Notes under the pieces: model-generated
Seen by the model: only the letters and a program-made list of their open reading frames with translations
Told to the model about the DNA's origin: nothing
The model's database searches: none
In this document: positions 4,629 through 6,441 of the stretch, in pieces
How the letters are laid out: every line of letters begins with the position of its first letter
How positions within the stretch are numbered: position 1 is the stretch's first letter
Translations under genes and position numbers: made by a program
Origin: Candidatus Wukongarchaeum yapensis
GTDB lineage: Archaea; Asgardarchaeota; Wukongarchaeia; Wukongarchaeales; Wukongarchaeaceae
Direction: 5' to 3'
Assembly: GCA_016840425.1 (NCBI GenBank)
Contig: JAEOSI010000132.1
Location: 1-6,441 of the forward strand
DNA length: 6,441 bases

Positions 4629-6392
4629 ATGGGCATATTGGATTTATTCAAGCCGAATGTGGAAAAGATGAAAGCTAAGAAAGATGTTAAAGGCTTGATA
4701 AAGGCCTTGAAGTATAAGAGAGACCAGGATGTTAGAAGGTACGCAGCATTGACCCTTGGTGAGATAGGGGATGCAAGGGCTGTAGAACCCCTCATACAAG
4801 CTCTGAAGGAGGAAAATAAGGGTATTCGATGGAATGCGGTGGGGGCTCTTGATAAACTAGGATGGAAGCCTGAAGACGATATAGAGAAAGCTCTTTACTT
4901 AATCGCGAAAGAAGAATGGGATAAGTTAGTAAGATTAGGAGAACCGGCTGTAGAACCCCTCATACAAGCCCTGAAAGATAAAGATATTAATGTTCGAAGG
5001 GGAGCAGCAGAAACCCTGGGAAAGATAGGGGATGCAAGAGCTGTAGAACCCCTCACCCAATCTCTAAAAGATGGAGATAAGGATGTTAGAAGAAATTCAA
5101 CAAGGGCTCTTGGCAAAATAGGAGAACCAGCGGTAGAGCCTCTCATGATGGCTCTAAAAGATAAAGATGTTGATGTTCGAAAGAGAGCAGCAGAGACCCT
5201 AGGAGAGATAGGGGATGCAAGAGCTGTAGAACCCCTCACCCAAGCTCTGAAGGACGAAGACGGTGATGTTAGATGGAATGCGGTGGGGGCTCTTGATAAA
5301 CTAGGCTGGAAGCCTGAAGACGATATAGAGAAAGCTCTTTACTTAATCGCGAAAGAAGAATGGGACAAGCTAGTAAAATTAGGGGAACCGGCTGTAGAAC
5401 CCCTCATACAAGCCCTAAAAGATAAAGATATTAATGTTCGAAGGGGAGCAGCAGAAACCTTGGGAAAGACAGGGGATGCAAGGGCTGTAGAACCCCTAAT
5501 ACAAGCCTTGAAGGAGGAAAATGAGGATATTCGGAGAAACGCGGCATTGGCTCTCGGCGAGATAGGGAATGCAAAGGCTGTAGAACCCCTCATACAAGCT
5601 TTAAAAGATGGAGATAGGTACGTTAGAAGGTATACGACATGGGCCCTTGGGGGGATAGGGGAACCAGCTGTAGAATCTCTTATTCTGATTCTTAAGGATA
5701 AAGATAATTATTTTCGAAGTAGGGCAGCAGAGACTCTTGGGGGGATAGGGGAACCGGCTGTAGAACCCCTCATACAAGCCCTAAAAGATAAAGATGTTGA
5801 TGTTCGAAAGATAGCTGCAGAAACCTTGGGAGAGATAGGTGATGCGAGGGTTGTAGAACCCCTAATACAATCTCTTAAGGACGAAGACGGTGATGTTCGA
5901 AGGAATGCTGAAGTGGCTCTTGGAAAGATAAGGGACGTAAGGGCTGTAGAACCTCTCGCTCAAGCTCTAAAAGATGAAGACTGTGATGTTAGATGGAAAG
6001 TAGCAGGGGCTCTTGATAAGCTTAGCTGGAAGCCTGAAGATGATATAGAGAAAGCTTATTACCTAATCGCAAAAGAACAATGGGACAAGCTAGTAAAATT
6101 AGAAGAACCAGCGGTAGAATCATTAATACAAGCCCTAAAAGATAAAGATATTGATGTTCGAAAAAGAGCAGCAGAAGTTCTTATTGGGATAGGAAAACCA
6201 GCAGTTGAGCGTCTCATACAAGCACTGAAGAATAAAGATAGGTATGTTAGAAAGTATACTGCGTGGATTCTGGGGGAGATAGGGGATATTATGGCATTAG
6301 AACCACTTAATAAAGCTTTAAATGATGGTGATAATCTAGTTCGAAAAGCTCTGAAAGTAGCTTTAGAGAAGATCCAAGGAAAGGAAACTTGA
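4629..6392 (+). CDS. PBS-lyase-type HEAT-repeat protein, 587 aa, about 16 repeats plus three WKP insert modules
   Basis: Tandem 30-31-aa repeats of the form [28 protein letters not shown]. ATG 4629 ([15 protein letters not shown]) has GAAGGTG just upstream and is preferred over the track ATG 4581. Stop is TGA. Confidence 0.93.
   Translation: MGILDLFKPNVEKMKAKKDVKGLIKALKYKRDQDVRRYAALTLGEIGDARAVEPLIQALKEENKGIRWNAVGALDKLGWKPEDDIEKALYLIAKEEWDKLVRLGEPAVEPLIQALKDKDINVRRGAAETLGKIGDARAVEPLTQSLKDGDKDVRRNSTRALGKIGEPAVEPLMMALKDKDVDVRKRAAETLGEIGDARAVEPLTQALKDEDGDVRWNAVGALDKLGWKPEDDIEKALYLIAKEEWDKLVKLGEPAVEPLIQALKDKDINVRRGAAETLGKTGDARAVEPLIQALKEENEDIRRNAALALGEIGNAKAVEPLIQALKDGDRYVRRYTTWALGGIGEPAVESLILILKDKDNYFRSRAAETLGGIGEPAVEPLIQALKDKDVDVRKIAAETLGEIGDARVVEPLIQSLKDEDGDVRRNAEVALGKIRDVRAVEPLAQALKDEDCDVRWKVAGALDKLSWKPEDDIEKAYYLIAKEQWDKLVKLEEPAVESLIQALKDKDIDVRKRAAEVLIGIGKPAVERLIQALKNKDRYVRKYTAWILGEIGDIMALEPLNKALNDGDNLVRKALKVALEKIQGKET
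4828..5053 (+). repeat. 226-nt intragenic duplication, copy 1 (copy 2 at 5272-5497; diverged partial copy from 5992)
   Basis: 9 mismatches in 226 nt between 4828-5053 and 5272-5497, at an offset of 444 nt (148 codons). Confidence 0.9.
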
Positions 6393-6441
6393 CAATTATA
6401 GATAAAAAAAAGATTCTTTAATTTAAAAAAAAGGAAAAAAA

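Noticed and set aside
4828-5497. HEAT internal duplication as a TR/VR pair
   Set aside because: Mismatches are mostly synonymous transitions with no adenine bias.
4413-5593. Minus-strand ORFs 4413-4598, 4613-4795, 4895-5239 and 5339-5593 with repeated MRGSTA
   Set aside because: MRGSTA is the reverse complement of GCTGTAGAACCCCTCAT, the AVEPL codons of the HEAT repeats. 4413-4598 has no supporting start signals or homology.
4779-5960. GCTGTAGAACC recurring about every 90-93 nt, resembling a CRISPR array
   Set aside because: The period equals 30-31 codons within one open frame, and the spacers are homologous to each other.
6390-6401. Genome-wide reassignment of TGA to explain the nth stops
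   Set aside because: No intact CDS here has an in-frame TGA, Cys uses TGC/TGT and Trp uses TGG. The HEAT gene ends in TGA, and readthrough adds only QL before TAG. The sample is small but gives no support.
6405-6441. A-tracts after the HEAT gene as its terminator
   Set aside because: Oligo-T is on the minus strand, so at most it serves a convergent gene outside the window, which cannot be verified here.

Overview
AT-rich window that looks archaeal (BRE/TATA-like AAAAATTTAAATA boxes, GGAGGTGA ribosome-binding site). It holds five intact CDSs: two small hypothetical membrane proteins, two divergently transcribed MscS-family mechanosensitive channels and a 587-aa PBS-lyase-type HEAT-repeat protein. 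The ORF track misses three relics. (1) At 34-186 (-) is the last 50 codons of a third mscS paralog, whose 3' tip is identical for 49 nt to the intact mscS. (2) At about 188-379 (-) is the C-terminus of an endonuclease III (nth) gene whose C-X6-C-X2-C-X5-C [4Fe-4S] motif has TGA at exactly the third and fourth cysteines. This is either an ancestral selenocysteine pair or coincident decay, and is the most unusual signal here. (3) Between the two mscS genes is an internally deleted IS5-family element plus an inverted second copy of its right end, so each mscS gene faces an IS-end TATA-like box. A hairpin-rich GCTTCG element follows the second mscS. No rRNA, tRNA or CRISPR array was seen. All family assignments come from motif recognition by eye, not database searches.
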